A DNA stretch of 64,000 nt, from assembly GCA_031835245.2 (NCBI GenBank), contig JAVKOQ020000063.1:62001-126000 (forward strand). The letters run 5' to 3'. The notes beneath the pieces were generated by a model that searched no databases, was not told the DNA's origin, and saw only the letters and a program-made list of their open reading frames with translations. Numbering within the stretch: the stretch's first letter is position 1; each line of letters starts with the position of its first letter. This DNA is from Balamuthia mandrillaris (taxonomy: Eukaryota). Positions 23,203 to 35,048 of this stretch are shown in pieces. The translations under genes were made by a program, and so were the position numbers.

Positions 23203-24933
23203 TCAACCCTCCTCCGCTTCAACTTCCTCTCCTTCCTCTTCTTGGGCAACAACAAACTTGGCGGCGATGGGGAAGTGGTCGCTGGCACCGCTGCCCACAA
23301 ACACCTTGGCCGCCAAGCACTCCATTCTGCTCCCCCGCTTTCTTCCTCCTTCCTCCGCCTCCTCCTCCTCCTCCTCCTCCTCCGCCGCCGCCGCCTCTGG
23401 TTGCAGCACCACAGGGGCCGCGTTGTAGAACATGTGGTCGTAGGTGGCCGTGACCCTCTTCCCGCCCGGCAGGGGCCACCACCAGGTGGGCGACCCTGGG
23501 TCGAACTCTGCCAGGCAGCTGTGGAGGCCCATGCCTTCCCCTCCACCACCCCTTCCACCACCACTCCAGAAGCCCACCGAGTTGCCGGTGCATTCGGGCT
23601 CGTTGAAGTCCCCAGAAACGACCAGCAAGGGCAAGCCCTTGTGCTGCTTGTTGTCAAGGAGCAGGAGGTGCTTGGCATAGCTGCGCACTTCCTTGAGGCG
23701 GTCGGCCCGGCTGAGGGCGGGAGGGAGGGGCAAAGGCGTTCTCGTGGAGGCCGGCCAGGGCAGGGTCAGGTTCCTGGTGAGCGGAGGGCGGAGGTGAAGG
23801 TTCAAGATGTGCACAAGCGTTCCAGAAGACGAAGAGGCAGACGAGGACGTGGACGAAGAAGCAGAAGTAGGACCAGAAGTTGAAGAAGAGCCTGACGAAG
23901 AGTAGGAAGTAGCAGAAGAAGATGATGAAGAAGCACCTGACGAAGAGGAGGCAGAAGGAAGCTCGACTTTACAGAGAAGAGCCGGAAACCAGCCAACAGG
24001 AGAAGGAATCATCTCCACGCCTCGAATGGGCAGCTTGGAGAGCACGGCAATGCCACCAGCCTCGGGCAGGCTGTCCTTCTCGTCGTTTTGAAAGGTGTGA
24101 AAGTGGGCGTGGGGGTAGCGATGCTGGTTGTGAAGGATGGGCCGGAGGAAGCCCTCCCAGTGAGGTGTGGTCTCCTGCAAGCACAGCACATCCGCATCGA
24201 CCTGCTTGATGGCCTGCAGGATGGAGCGCTCCTCCTGCCCGAGGGCCGAAAGGTCGCACAGCCCAAAGTTGACGTTGTAAGAGGCAACGCTGAACATGTT
24301 GTCTGCTTCCACTTCTTCGTAGGACTTGACTTCTTCCTTCTCATCTTTGTTCTTCTTCTTCCTCCTCCTCTGATTCTTCTTTTCCTTCTTTGCATGAGAG
24401 GATGAAACAAGGGCTTGAGCGGAAGAGGCGGCCATTTCGAGGGCTTGCAGCCAGTCGCTGCGGTCCTGGTCGGAGGCGGCGCACATGAGGAAGTACACGC
24501 CTCGCTCTTTGCACTCGATGTCAAAGGCGTGCTTCTTGCCGGTCACGCTGACGAGCGAAACGGGAGAGAAGGTAAAGTTGCCGTTCAAGCGAACCACTTT
24601 TGCCACGTCTCCTTCCTCTTGTTCTGCTTCTTCTTCTTGTGTCTTCTTGCTTTCTTCCTCTGTTCCTTCTTGTTCTTCTTCCTCTCTGTTTGCTTCCGCT
24701 TTGTGTTCCTTGTTGTTGCTCAACAACTCCACGAAGAACAAGGTGGAGTCTTTGAGGCAAAGCCGAATGGGTTGCCACGTGAACAGTAGCTTTCCCTTTC
24801 GCAACAGGACGCGTCCTTCTTTGTCGGCCACCCATGACAGGGACTTTGCCGGAGCGATGAAGGCCGCTTTGCCCTTCTCGCTCTCTTCATCTTCATCTTC
24901 TTCTTGGGGTAACCCCTTTTTCTCTTTTTCCAT
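23203..24933 (-). CDS. PH domain plus endonuclease/exonuclease/phosphatase (EEP) domain protein
   Basis: PH: DKEGRVLL...WQPIRLCL...AASDQDRSDWLQAL. EEP: SYNVNFG, DVLCLQE, AVLSKLPI, NLHL, SGDFN, YDHMFY, SDHFPI. Single ORF. Confidence 0.85.
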   Translation of the reverse strand: MEKEKKGLPQEEDEDEESEKGKAAFIAPAKSLSWVADKEGRVLLRKGKLLFTWQPIRLCLKDSTLFFVELLSNNKEHKAEANREEEEQEGTEEESKKTQEEEAEQEEGDVAKVVRLNGNFTFSPVSLVSVTGKKHAFDIECKERGVYFLMCAASDQDRSDWLQALEMAASSAQALVSSSHAKKEKKNQRRRKKKNKDEKEEVKSYEEVEADNMFSVASYNVNFGLCDLSALGQEERSILQAIKQVDADVLCLQETTPHWEGFLRPILHNQHRYPHAHFHTFQNDEKDSLPEAGGIAVLSKLPIRGVEMIPSPVGWFPALLCKVELPSASSSSGASSSSSSATSYSSSGSSSTSGPTSASSSTSSSASSSSGTLVHILNLHLRPPLTRNLTLPWPASTRTPLPLPPALSRADRLKEVRSYAKHLLLLDNKQHKGLPLLVVSGDFNEPECTGNSVGFWSGGGRGGGGEGMGLHSCLAEFDPGSPTWWWPLPGGKRVTATYDHMFYNAAPVVLQPEAAAAEEEEEEEEAEEGGRKRGSRMECLAAKVFVGSGASDHFPIAAKFVVAQEEEGEEVEAEEG

Positions 24934-25362
24934 ATCGGTCGTCGTGGTTTTTGAACCTCAAAAACAAACTACGCTTGTGTTTTTGAGCAGTTGGTTGAAC
25001 CACTTTCGCTTCGAAGTTTGACGAAGGCAACAAGAAAGCCTTTTGCCGTAAGAAATGTTTCAGGGAAAGCGTTACTATGAGACCACGCATGCATTCGAAT
25101 GGAACCTTGTTTTTTTTAAAAAAAAAACAAAGGCAACATACTTACTGCCATCATACACACATGCATTCGATTGAAAACCGATGCCCGCAACCTCAAAACC
25201 ACATAACACCCTCCCTCACTTCCTTATCCTTGTGCTTCTTGCTCGTTCCAACTTTCTTCCTTTTTGTCGACATTTATCCAAATATAGTGATTGTGACGTA
25301 TGCTTTATTCTATTTTTGGACAAGTGACGTCAATTTCTGATCTTAGCTCCATCATCAGAGAA

Positions 25363-26244
25363 ATGCAGCAAGAAGAAGAGCAGTATTTGCGGCCTGAACG
25401 GGTGCTCGATAACTTTGGTCTGGCGGATGAGGATGTGCTCAACATCTACCTTTACGGGAGCCGTGTGTATGGCACCCATTCCGCGGAGAGCGATTGGGAT
25501 TACATCGTCTTGCTGAGACGTGAAGTCGGCCTTTTAACAAAGCAAGCAGAAGAAGAAGAAGCCCAGCAACACGGCAAAGCAGAAGAACAAGAAGCTGGAA
25601 ATAAAGATGCTTCCAGCCAGCAACAAGTGTCCTCTTTGAAGGAGCTAGAAGCAGCATGTGATGGAAAGCTCACCATTCAAGGCAAAGATCTCGTTTCTGA
25701 TGCCACTCTTATCACCCTATCAAACTTTCAGCGGTTGCTTGATGCTCACTATCCACCTATTCTCGGTTGGCTCTTCTCTGTGCCTGTGCTCTCTTTGTTC
25801 TTTCCTTCTTCTCCGCCTTAACTTCTAACAACGCTCCCAAAAAAAGAATGCTATTATCTGCCATCCAACATGATTCTATTGCAACGACACCCACACTCGC
25901 AATTCCACTTTCAGTTGAGGCCCTCCGCTTTGAGGAGCACCTTCGCAGCCAAGTGCGACCACAGCTGGACCAAAGCCATGAAGAAGATGACAATAGCAAA
26001 GGACAAGAACGTGTACATCGCCAAGAAGAGCCTCTTTCACAGCTTTCGCATGCTGCATTACGCCATCGATATGTGCCAAGAGGGCGAGCTCTCCCACTTT
26101 CAGACGGAGGAGCTTCAACAGCTGTGGGCGGAGATCCGAGGCTGCGAGAGCGAGGAGTGGTCCTTCTATCAGCAACGCTACCGCCCTCGGTGGAACGCTC
26201 TCCGCTCGAAGCTGCGTGCCTTGGCACCGAAAAATTCCTCATAG
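25363..26244 (+). CDS. Pol-beta superfamily nucleotidyltransferase with C-terminal helical domain
   Basis: IYLYGSRVYGTHSAESDWDYIV (hGS-x-DxD) and KKSLFHSFRML; one intron about 25767-25846. Confidence 0.75.
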
Positions 26245-26542
26245 CTTCGATGTCACTTCTATTAGGTTGCGTTTCGGCTAAAACTCCGCGGAATATTTGT
26301 AAAAAAGGTAAAATTTGCCGAAGTTCGGGAAATTTAATCAAATTGTCTGCGCAGGAAATTTCGTGAGAAAACAGCAACAAAAAAAATAGAAAAGAAAAAC
26401 ATCGACGTGGCACTCGCCGCCTCTGTTGTCTCTTCTTCCTCGTCCTCCTCCGCCTTTCGCCACTTGCTTCGCCTTCTTCTTCTTCTTCTTCTTCTTTTCC
26501 TTCTCTCCTCTCAACCAAAAGGTTTTTAACAAGAACACCAGA

Positions 26543-29173
26543 ATGCGAGGACAACGGCCAAACCAATGCCAAACGTATTCGAGCAAGGAAGCAGCCGTCG
26601 TGCTCCGCCGTCTCGCCGTCGTTCGCAACCACCTCGACGCCTCCTCCGGAGGGTCTAGCCTGGCCCCCGGTGGCCGCCCTTTCTCACAACAAGGCGCTCA
26701 TGACCTCGCCACGAGCGACTGCTGCGGCATCATAGCCTTTGTGGGCAAGGAGAAGGACCCCGCCGCGAACTACCTCCTCGAAGGGCTGAAAATCTTGGAG
26801 CCCAGAGGGTATGACTCTGCCGGCATGACCACCGTCTCGGCCCAAGGCGGACTCATCACCACCAAGTTCGCCTCCCTCACCACCAGCGACGCCATCCAGA
26901 GGCTGCAGCAGCACGTCGGCGTGCACGAGGGGCATCGCAGCGGGATCGCGCACACGCGTTGGGCCACGCACGGCGCCCGCACGGACGTCAACGCCCACCC
27001 GCACCACGACCAGAGGGACCGGATCGCGGTGGTGCACAATGGCGTGATATTGAACGCGGCGCAGTTGAAGCAGGAGCTCATGGAGAAGCATGGCATCAAG
27101 TTCGTGTCAGAGACCGACACGGAAGTCATTTCGCAATTGGTAACGCCTCTCCTTATTCTTTCTGCTGGTGTTGTTTTTCTTCTTCTTTTCTTCTTCTTCT
27201 TGTTCGTCTCTTCTTGTGCTCTTCTCCTCGTTCTCTTGTTACTATCTCTAAAACTGCAATAAAACCAATTCAGATTGGATTGTACGTGTCAGAAGGACAT
27301 TCTTTGCTGGAAGCTGTAAACAAAACGCAGGACAGGTTAGAGGGAACATGGGGCTTAGCCATCATCGACAGAGATAATCCAGGTCAAATCATCGGCGCCA
27401 AGAAAGGCAGCCCTTTGTTGGTGGGCATTGGAGATGGAAAGATGTTCATAGCCTCTGAGTCCTCCGCCTTTAGCAAGTACACCAAAGAGTTCGTGGACTT
27501 GGAGGATGGGGAAGTGGCTGTTATAACGGCCGACTCGCACTCTCTTGACCGATCCAGGATAAAACGGGCTCACCAGGAACAGATCGAACTGTCTCCTGCT
27601 CCCTGGCCTCATTGGACAATTAAAGAAATCATGGAACAACCTGGTTTGTATCTTCTTCTTTACACATTTCTCCCTCCCTCCCTCCCTCTCTCTCTCTGCG
27701 TTCTGATTTCTGTTCTCTTCTTTCTTTTTTTTGGTTTAATACAGCGGCAATAGCGAGAGCGTTGAACTATGGAGGACGTATTTTGGACGAGAGCAGCACC
27801 AAGTTGGGAGGTCTGGAAGCCAATAAAGACACGCTTAGCGGGATTGACCATTTAATCATTGCTGCTTGTGGCACCTCCTATTTTGCTGGCATGGCTGGCG
27901 CGCACTTGATGCGTTCGTTGCATTCCTTCAAGACTGTCCAAGGTTTGTTTATGCTTTGTGTTGCGTTCTTCTTTTTTGAGTGTATCTTTCTTATCTACTT
28001 TATGCCAAAAGTAATGGATGCATCAGAAATGGTCGAAGAATGCCTTCCCAAAGCGAACAGCGGTCTGCTGGTCATCACGCAGAGCGGAGAGACTAAGGAC
28101 GTGCACAGAGCATTGGAGCTGGCGAGGTCTCTTGACATTCCATGTCTTGCTGTTGTCAATGCAGTCGGTTCGCTCATTGCTAGAGAGGCCCATTGCGGTG
28201 TATATCTTAATGCTGGAAGAGAGAACGCTGTAGCCAGCACCAAAGCTTTTACGAGCCAAGTTACTGTTCTTGCGTTGATCGCCGTTTGGTTCGCTCAGGT
28301 ATCTCTTTCCCTCCTCTCCTTCTCCCCCTCTACTTCTCCTCACACACATTCTCTTCTCTCTTCTCTCTCTCTTTCTCTCTCCTATCATACATGCATCAAC
28401 AAATAATAGGTGCGTCAGAATGGAGACAAACAAAAGAGAAAGTTGGTGGTAGAAGCATTGCATAGATTAGCAACGAACGTTGGAATGGTGCTGAATCAAG
28501 GCAGCAATCACCACAACAATAGAACCACAATCGTAAACAAACACGACATCATCAACAACCATAACGCAGCAGCAATCTCAGAAGATATTCGTGGTGTTCG
28601 ATGGCAGTGCCAACAAATAGCTCGCTCACTCGTGGAAAGTCAGACAAACCATTTGTTTGTGTTGGGAAAAGGAGCCGCTTTGCCTATAGCCCTGGAAGGA
28701 GCTTTGAAGATCAAAGAAATCAGTTACGTCCATGCTGAAGGTATCCATTGCTTTTCTTCTTTTTCCTGCTCCTTTCTTTTCTTTGTTTCTTTTTGTTTGA
28801 CTCACAAAAACTAGGTTATCCTGGAGGAGCACTCAAGCATGGCCCTTATGCCCTCATCGAACCCGGCACACCCATCATCCTCATCGTCCTCAACGACCGC
28901 CACGCCGCCTTCATGAAGACCGTCGCCGAGGAGGTCAAGAGCCGAGGCGCTCGTCTCATCATCATCACCAACGCTCCCGATCTCTTCCACCAACACGGCG
29001 AGCAGTTGGTGAGCGACGAGGAGAGAGACCTCATCGTCATCCCCAGCAATGGTCCCTTGAGCTGCCTGCTGGCCGTTTTGCCGCTGCAACTGTTGGCCTA
29101 CGAAATGGCGGTCTTGAAGGGGATCAACCCGGACAGACCGCGAAACCTCGCCAAGTCCGTTACGGTGGACTAA
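26543..29173 (+). CDS. GFAT: Glutamine:fructose-6-phosphate amidotransferase with N-terminal presequence
   Basis: [35 protein letters not shown] domains ([34 protein letters not shown]) and [11 protein letters not shown] end; 5 introns. Confidence 0.95.
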
Positions 29174-29286
29174 CAGAAACGTTTTGTGCAAAAGTGAAGA
29201 AAGAAAGAAACGACAAGAAAGAAAGCGTTTGTAAAAGAAAAACAACAAAAAAAAAATGGATGGATTTGAACAAGTGCTTTCACAAA

Positions 29287-31037
29287 CTAACTCAACAAAG
29301 CACGAATGACGGTGGGAACGTTCATCCGCTTCAAGTCACTGTACTTCTGGCCCGTCCCCACAAACACGATCGGCTGGCCCGTCGTGTAGACCATCGATAT
29401 CGCCGCTCCCACCTTATCATCAATCGTATCGAACTTGGACAATATGATGCCATCGATCAGCCTCGGCTCCCTCACTTGCGGCGGGCTGAACTCCTCCAGC
29501 GCTTGGTTGAACCTTCGGAGCTGATCCACCGCCTCGTTGCCGACCAACGCCTCTCCCACGAACAGGATCAGGTCGGGATTGTTCTGGTAGACCAGTTTGG
29601 CGAGGGCCTGCATGAGAGGTCGCTTGTCCTGCATGCGCCCGGCCGTGTCGATAAGAACGACGTCCATGCCGCGTTGCCGTGCGTCGGCGATGCCGCTCTC
29701 GGCGACGAGCGCGGCGTCCTTCTCGTAGCCACGCTCAAAGAGGGGGACATCTAGGTTGCGGGCGTGTACTTTGAGTTGCTCAACTGCGCCCGAACGGAAG
29801 GTGTCGCAAGCTGTTATCTGTGTTTTTTACCAAAAATATTACTATAAGTTCCAAAAGGCAAAGGAGAGAATAAGAAAGGAGAGAAGAGAAAAGCTAACCA
29901 TAGTCTTTTGTCCATTTTGCAGCAAGTAAGAGCAAACTTTGGCAAGATTCGTAGACTTACCAACTCCGTTTACTCCCACAAATACAATCGAGTACGGCCT
30001 GTTCTGCTCCTTCCTCACCTTGGCAATCTCTCTCAGCACATCAATGGTCCTCTTTGGAGTAAGTATTCTCGTCAAGCTAGCCTCGAGGGAAGTCTTGACG
30101 GTCGTCTGAATGCGTTTGAAGGAGGACATGGTCTTTCCTTCTAAGCTTAGCATGACCGACTCACAGAGCTCGTCAGCGATCTCCGAGGCCACGTTCTTGT
30201 CAATGAGCTTCTCGCGAAACTTGGCGAGCACCGGTTCGAGGTCCTTGCGGCTGAGGGTGCGGTTGGTCAGGCCGGAAAAGATGGAACCGAGACCCCACCC
30301 GCCTCCGCTGGAGGAAGAGGAAGAATTTTCCTCTTCATCGTCTTCTTGGTTACCAGGTTTGTCTGTTTAGAAACAAGCAGATAAGAGTAATGTAAAAACA
30401 AACAAAATAAATAAAAAAAAAAGAAACACTTCGTCAACAGGCAAAGCAGAGGGGAGTTTTTTTTTCTTGCTCTTTTCTCTCACATGTGGGTGGTGGCCAC
30501 CGAGACCACAAACACAAACGAGAGGCAAAGCATTGTAAAATGTAATGGACGTACCTTGGAAGAATGGCTCCCATTCTTCCAAATTGATCTTTTGGTCAGC
30601 GCCAAAGTTGCTGCGTATCACCTCCAGGTCATCCTCCTCTTTGCCTTTCTCTTTCTTGGACTTGCGAAGAAACTCTTTGTAGGTCTCGTCGCCATCCTCC
30701 CAAACCTGCTTTTTCTTCTTAGGAGGAGCAGAGGGAGCGCTGGCACGAGTGGGACCGGCAGCCGCAGCTGCTTTGCCGCGTGGCCCTCCTCTTCCTCTTG
30801 CTCTGCCAGCTGTAGAAAAACAAATACTTCCGTCAATAAACAAAAAAGATGACGAAGATAAGGTTAAAACGAACCAAGTTTGCCACGTAACAGCTTTTCT
30901 CTGTTTTGTTGAATGATATCTTCTGTGGAAAGGTCTTCTGACGGTGGAGAGGTGCTTCCCTCTTCGTCTTGTTCTGGACTTTGTTGTCCCTCTTCTTCTA
31001 CATCGTTTGTTTCTGTATTGTTTTGTTAGTCAAAGAA

Positions 31038-31069
<32 letters not shown>

Positions 31070-31078
31070 AGCGAGGGA

Positions 31079-31112
<34 letters not shown>

Positions 31113-31746
31113 CAAACCTTTTTCGTTATCCTTTTTGCCCCCTTTCTTCTTCTTTTTCTTTCCTTGCTTGCCGTTCTGGTGGTCATCTCGCTTCTTTTTT
31201 TCTTGTCCGCGAGTCGTTTGTTCAAACGTCCTCTGCACCACCTTCTTTTGCTTCATTTCAGCGGCCTTCTGCTCACACTGCTGCTTCAAGCGCTCAAAGT
31301 CCTTGGTGAAGGCAAAGAGGGCGTCACCGTTCTCCTTCTCCAGGCGCGGCACCTGGTTCTCCTTCAGCGCCTCCCCAAAGGTGGAGCAGAAGCGGTCTTT
31401 CACCAGCTGGAGCAACTCTTCGATGTACAGCAGTTGCAAGAGCTTGTGGTAGACAACCTACACACACACCACAAAAAAAAAAAAAACAGATCAGAAATCA
31501 ATTCACATCAAATCGTCCAAAAAAAAAAGTACTAGCAAAACGTACCACAAAGATGAGCTCAAAGTCGTTGTGGAGGGTCCATTGAACGGTGTAGTTTCCA
31601 GTGGAGAAGCTCCTCTCGGCGGCGTTCCTGTCCTCCAACAGGACAGTCTTGACGAGGTCGTTCACGGGCTCGCCTTGCAACGCCTTGTAGGTGTGGCTCC
31701 ACAGCACCAGGCCCCCCTTGGATAAAATTGCAAAATGGTCCAACAT
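29287..31746 (-). CDS. SRPRA: Signal recognition particle receptor alpha subunit
   Basis: [16 protein letters not shown] longin domain; [50 protein letters not shown]. Confidence 0.95.
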
Positions 31747-32008
31747 CCCAGATTGTTTCTTGTTCGTTGTGTGCGTGTCGCTGTTGGCTTCGCTACAAGG
31801 ACCCCAAAAAAAAAGTAGAGAACTGGTTTGGCTTGCCGGAAGGAGAGAGGACTTCCCTTCCTTCGTGTGTTTCTCCACCGCTTTTCTCCCCCCTTCAACG
31901 TGTCGACCTGGACCGACAACGTGGCAGGGTCAACCACTGGTTTTTCCTTTTGAAAAAAAAAGCAAAGTGGAAATAACATATCTGATTACGACTTAAGAAT
32001 ACACAATT

Positions 32009-32081
32009 GCCTTCTTAGCTCAGTCGGTAGAGCGTCAGTCTCATAATCTGGAGGTCGTGAGTTCGATCCTCACAGAAGGCA
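32009..32081 (+). tRNA. tRNA-Met (CAT), elongator type
   Basis: Acceptor stem GCCTTCT/AGAAGGC, D arm TAGCTCAGTCGGTAGAGC, anticodon loop CTCATAA, T loop GTTCGATC, followed by an oligo-T Pol III terminator at about 32086. Confidence 0.95.
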
Positions 32082-32342
32082 CTACTTTTTTATTTCAATT
32101 TTTTTTTCCTGTAGCGCAGTGGCGGTAACATCCAGAGTGTGCCTGATAGCAAATCCGTTGGAATGCGAGAGCAACTCCAACAAAAACACGTGAATGGAAG
32201 GAAGTTCCGCAAGCCACCCTCTCAACGCCATGATGGAGCAAATCTTTCCCTCCCCTCCCTCCCAACACGCTTCTTGTTTTTCAAACTTCATAGAAATAGC
32301 GACCACCACCACCGCTAGCGAACAACCTACGTTTGAAAACGA

Positions 32343-33050
32343 TTGCTTATGACGTCCATTCAGATCGGTGGCAAGCGCCTTCGCGGCCTGCTCTTCTCTC
32401 CGGCCCCGCCTGCCCCGCCTTCCTCGGTTGGGGCGGTCTTTGTGGGAGGTGCCGGGGGAGGGGTGCACGGTCCGGCCGGCATCTATCCCCCTCTGGCCAA
32501 CCGCCTCATGCGCGAGGGGGTGAATGTCCTCCTGTTGGACTACCACCGGCCCAACCAGCTGCAGGCTTGCATCGAGGACACCCTGGAAGGCATTCGTTAC
32601 CTGCATGACCATCACTCCGTCAACAAAGTAACCCTTCTTGGTATCTCCCCCAATTCTCGTCTTTTTAGTGAACGAAGAAGAAGAAGGTTCTTCTAACACT
32701 CCACAAAAAACACGAAAGGATGGTCCTTTGGTGGCGCCGTGGTCATCTCGGCGGGGGCCTTGGATGAAAAAGTGGTTGGCGTGGCCACGGTGGCCTCGCA
32801 GACCTACGGCACGGACAGCGTGAGCCATCTTGGCCGCCAGCACAAGAGCCTGCTGCTGTTGCACGGCACCGCGGACAGCTGCCTCTCCGTTCGCTGCAGC
32901 GAGACGCTCTTCCAGAGGGCGCACCAGCCCAAGGAGCTGGTTCGTTTCCCTGGGGATGATCACGGCCTTACCAAACACTCCCAACAGGTCATCGACAAGC
33001 TCTTCGAGTGGAACGTGCAGTTGTTGAAACCCAAGGAGCCCACTGCCTGA
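32343..33050 (+). CDS. Alpha/beta hydrolase (dienelactone hydrolase-like); start uncertain
   Basis: Spliced nucleophile elbow GWSFGG (intron 32641-32718), LLLHGTAD and FPGDDHGL give a Ser-Asp-His triad. Confidence 0.8.
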
Positions 33051-33071
33051 AGCATTTACGAAGAATAAGAG

Positions 33072-33130
<59 letters not shown>

Positions 33131-33217
33131 TCTCTCTATTCTCTCTTTCTGTCTCTCTCTCTCTCTCTCTTCTCTCTTTCTGTCGACTGTGGAGAACAAC
33201 AAAAAAGCAAAGGCAAA

Positions 33218-34912
33218 ATGGAGAGCTTGCCGGAGGAGTTGGTGAGCTACGCCTTGCACCAGCTTCCCCAAGGCATGAGGCCCATCGCCGCAAGGACCTG
33301 CAAACGCTGGTTTTTCTCCTGCTTGCCAGCAGACCAGAGGAGCAGGATCGGCCTGGCCGCCGTCTGCGGCAGCTTGAACTTGTTGCGGTGGGCGGTGGAG
33401 GAAGGCTGCCCCTTGGACCACAACATCTTTGTGGCGGCCGCTCAGCAAGGTGACTTGGCGGTGCTGCAGTGGCTGCAAGAGCAGGGTATGCCGTTGCGGC
33501 AAGACCTTTGTGCAGCCGCCGCAAGAGGAGGTCATCTGGAAGCGCTGAAATGGCTTCGTGAAGAAGGTTGTCCTTGGAGAAGCAACATTTGCGAGGACGC
33601 GGCTCGTGGTGGACATTTGGAGACGCTCAAGTGGTTGCGCCTAGAGAAGGGTTGTTCTTGGCGGATGGACACTTGTGCACTCCTGGCTGCCAACGGGCAT
33701 TTGGAAGCGCTGAAATGGGCTCGAGAGAATGGGTGTCCTTGGGATGAAGGGGATAGTTGGGGAGGTTCAACGTGCGACTTTGCGGCGAGTGGCGGACACT
33801 TGGAGGTGTTGAAGTGGGCCAGAGAACACGGTTGTAGTTGGAGCGTATGGACATGTGCGGCAGCAGCGTCGAATGGGCACTTGGAAGTTTTGAAATGGGC
33901 GAGAGAGCAGGGATGCCCCTGGGACTCGCACACCAGCATCAATGCAGCAGCGAATGGACACTTGGAGGTGTTGAAGTGGGCAGTTGACAACGGATGCCCA
34001 TGGGACAAAGATGTGTGTGCTCATGCTGCCCTGAACGGCCACCGGGATATCCTCAAATGGGCAAGAGAGAAGGGCTGCAACTGGACCGGGGAAAGAATAA
34101 CCACCGATGCATGCGCCAATGCTGCAGGACGAGGAGATTTGGAGATGCTGAAGTGGCTTCGTGAGCATGACTCTCCTTGGAACTGGAAAACCTGCGATGC
34201 GGCAGCAGCAGAAGGACACCTGGAAGTGTTGAAGTGGGCACGTGAACAGGGGTGTCATCTGGACACAACGGCATGCGTGGCGGCAGCGGCGAATGGGCAC
34301 CTGGAGGTGTTGAAGTGGGCGGTTGAGAACGGATGCCCATGGGACAAAGATGTATGCGCTTGTGCTGCTCTGAACGGACAGTTGGCAGTGCTGAAGTGGG
34401 CGAGAGAGAACGGCTGTCCTTGGGACGAAAAGGTGTGCTCCAACGCAGCCATGAATGGGCATCTGGACGTATTGCAGTGGGCCAGAGAGAACGGCTGCCC
34501 TTGGGACCGAAAGGTGTGCAATGTCGCCGCAAAGCACGGACATCTGGAAGTGTTGGAGTGGGCCATAGAGAACGGCTGTGACTGGGACGACTACAAGGTC
34601 TGCAAGAGAGCGGCTCAAATAGGGCACTTGGGGATGTTGAAATGGGCCAGGGCACAAGGATGCCCTTGGGATGACGCCGTCTGTGTGCATGCCGTTGAAG
34701 GAGGGCATCTGACCATGTTGCAATGGATCCACCAGAACGGAGGGTTAGAGTACGACCACTACACGGCATGTGCGAACGCCGCTGCCAAAGAGGGCCACCT
34801 GGGTGTGTTGCGATGGCTTTACAGGCGTAGGAACTGCTGGGATGAAAAACAGCTGCGTGTTGCAAGAGAGAGAGGACACGAGCACGTGGTGCAATGGCTG
34901 GAACGCTCGTAA
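33218..34912 (+). CDS. F-box-like plus giant-virus-type ankyrin-like repeat protein, copy 1
   Basis: MESLPEELVSYAL...RTCKRW N-terminus followed by about 20 repeats of W-x3-C-x2-AA-x2-GHLEVLKWARENGCP; intronless. Confidence 0.88.
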   Translation: MESLPEELVSYALHQLPQGMRPIAARTCKRWFFSCLPADQRSRIGLAAVCGSLNLLRWAVEEGCPLDHNIFVAAAQQGDLAVLQWLQEQGMPLRQDLCAAAARGGHLEALKWLREEGCPWRSNICEDAARGGHLETLKWLRLEKGCSWRMDTCALLAANGHLEALKWARENGCPWDEGDSWGGSTCDFAASGGHLEVLKWAREHGCSWSVWTCAAAASNGHLEVLKWAREQGCPWDSHTSINAAANGHLEVLKWAVDNGCPWDKDVCAHAALNGHRDILKWAREKGCNWTGERITTDACANAAGRGDLEMLKWLREHDSPWNWKTCDAAAAEGHLEVLKWAREQGCHLDTTACVAAAANGHLEVLKWAVENGCPWDKDVCACAALNGQLAVLKWARENGCPWDEKVCSNAAMNGHLDVLQWARENGCPWDRKVCNVAAKHGHLEVLEWAIENGCDWDDYKVCKRAAQIGHLGMLKWARAQGCPWDDAVCVHAVEGGHLTMLQWIHQNGGLEYDHYTACANAAAKEGHLGVLRWLYRRRNCWDEKQLRVARERGHEHVVQWLERS

Positions 34913-35048
34913 CATCTGCCTCTACAAAGGGAGGTTGGAACAGGCTGCTGCTCTTCTTCACTTTCTGCTTTGAAGAAGCCCAAGAAGAAGTAAACTTTTC
35001 CTCGAATTGTTTGAAACACAAAACACAAAGGTAACGCAAAACTCTAAG

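Noticed and set aside
33500..34800. 75-bp periodic repeats that might suggest a CRISPR-like array
   Set aside because: Protein-coding ankyrin-like repeats with synonymous variation; eukaryotic context and no cas genes.
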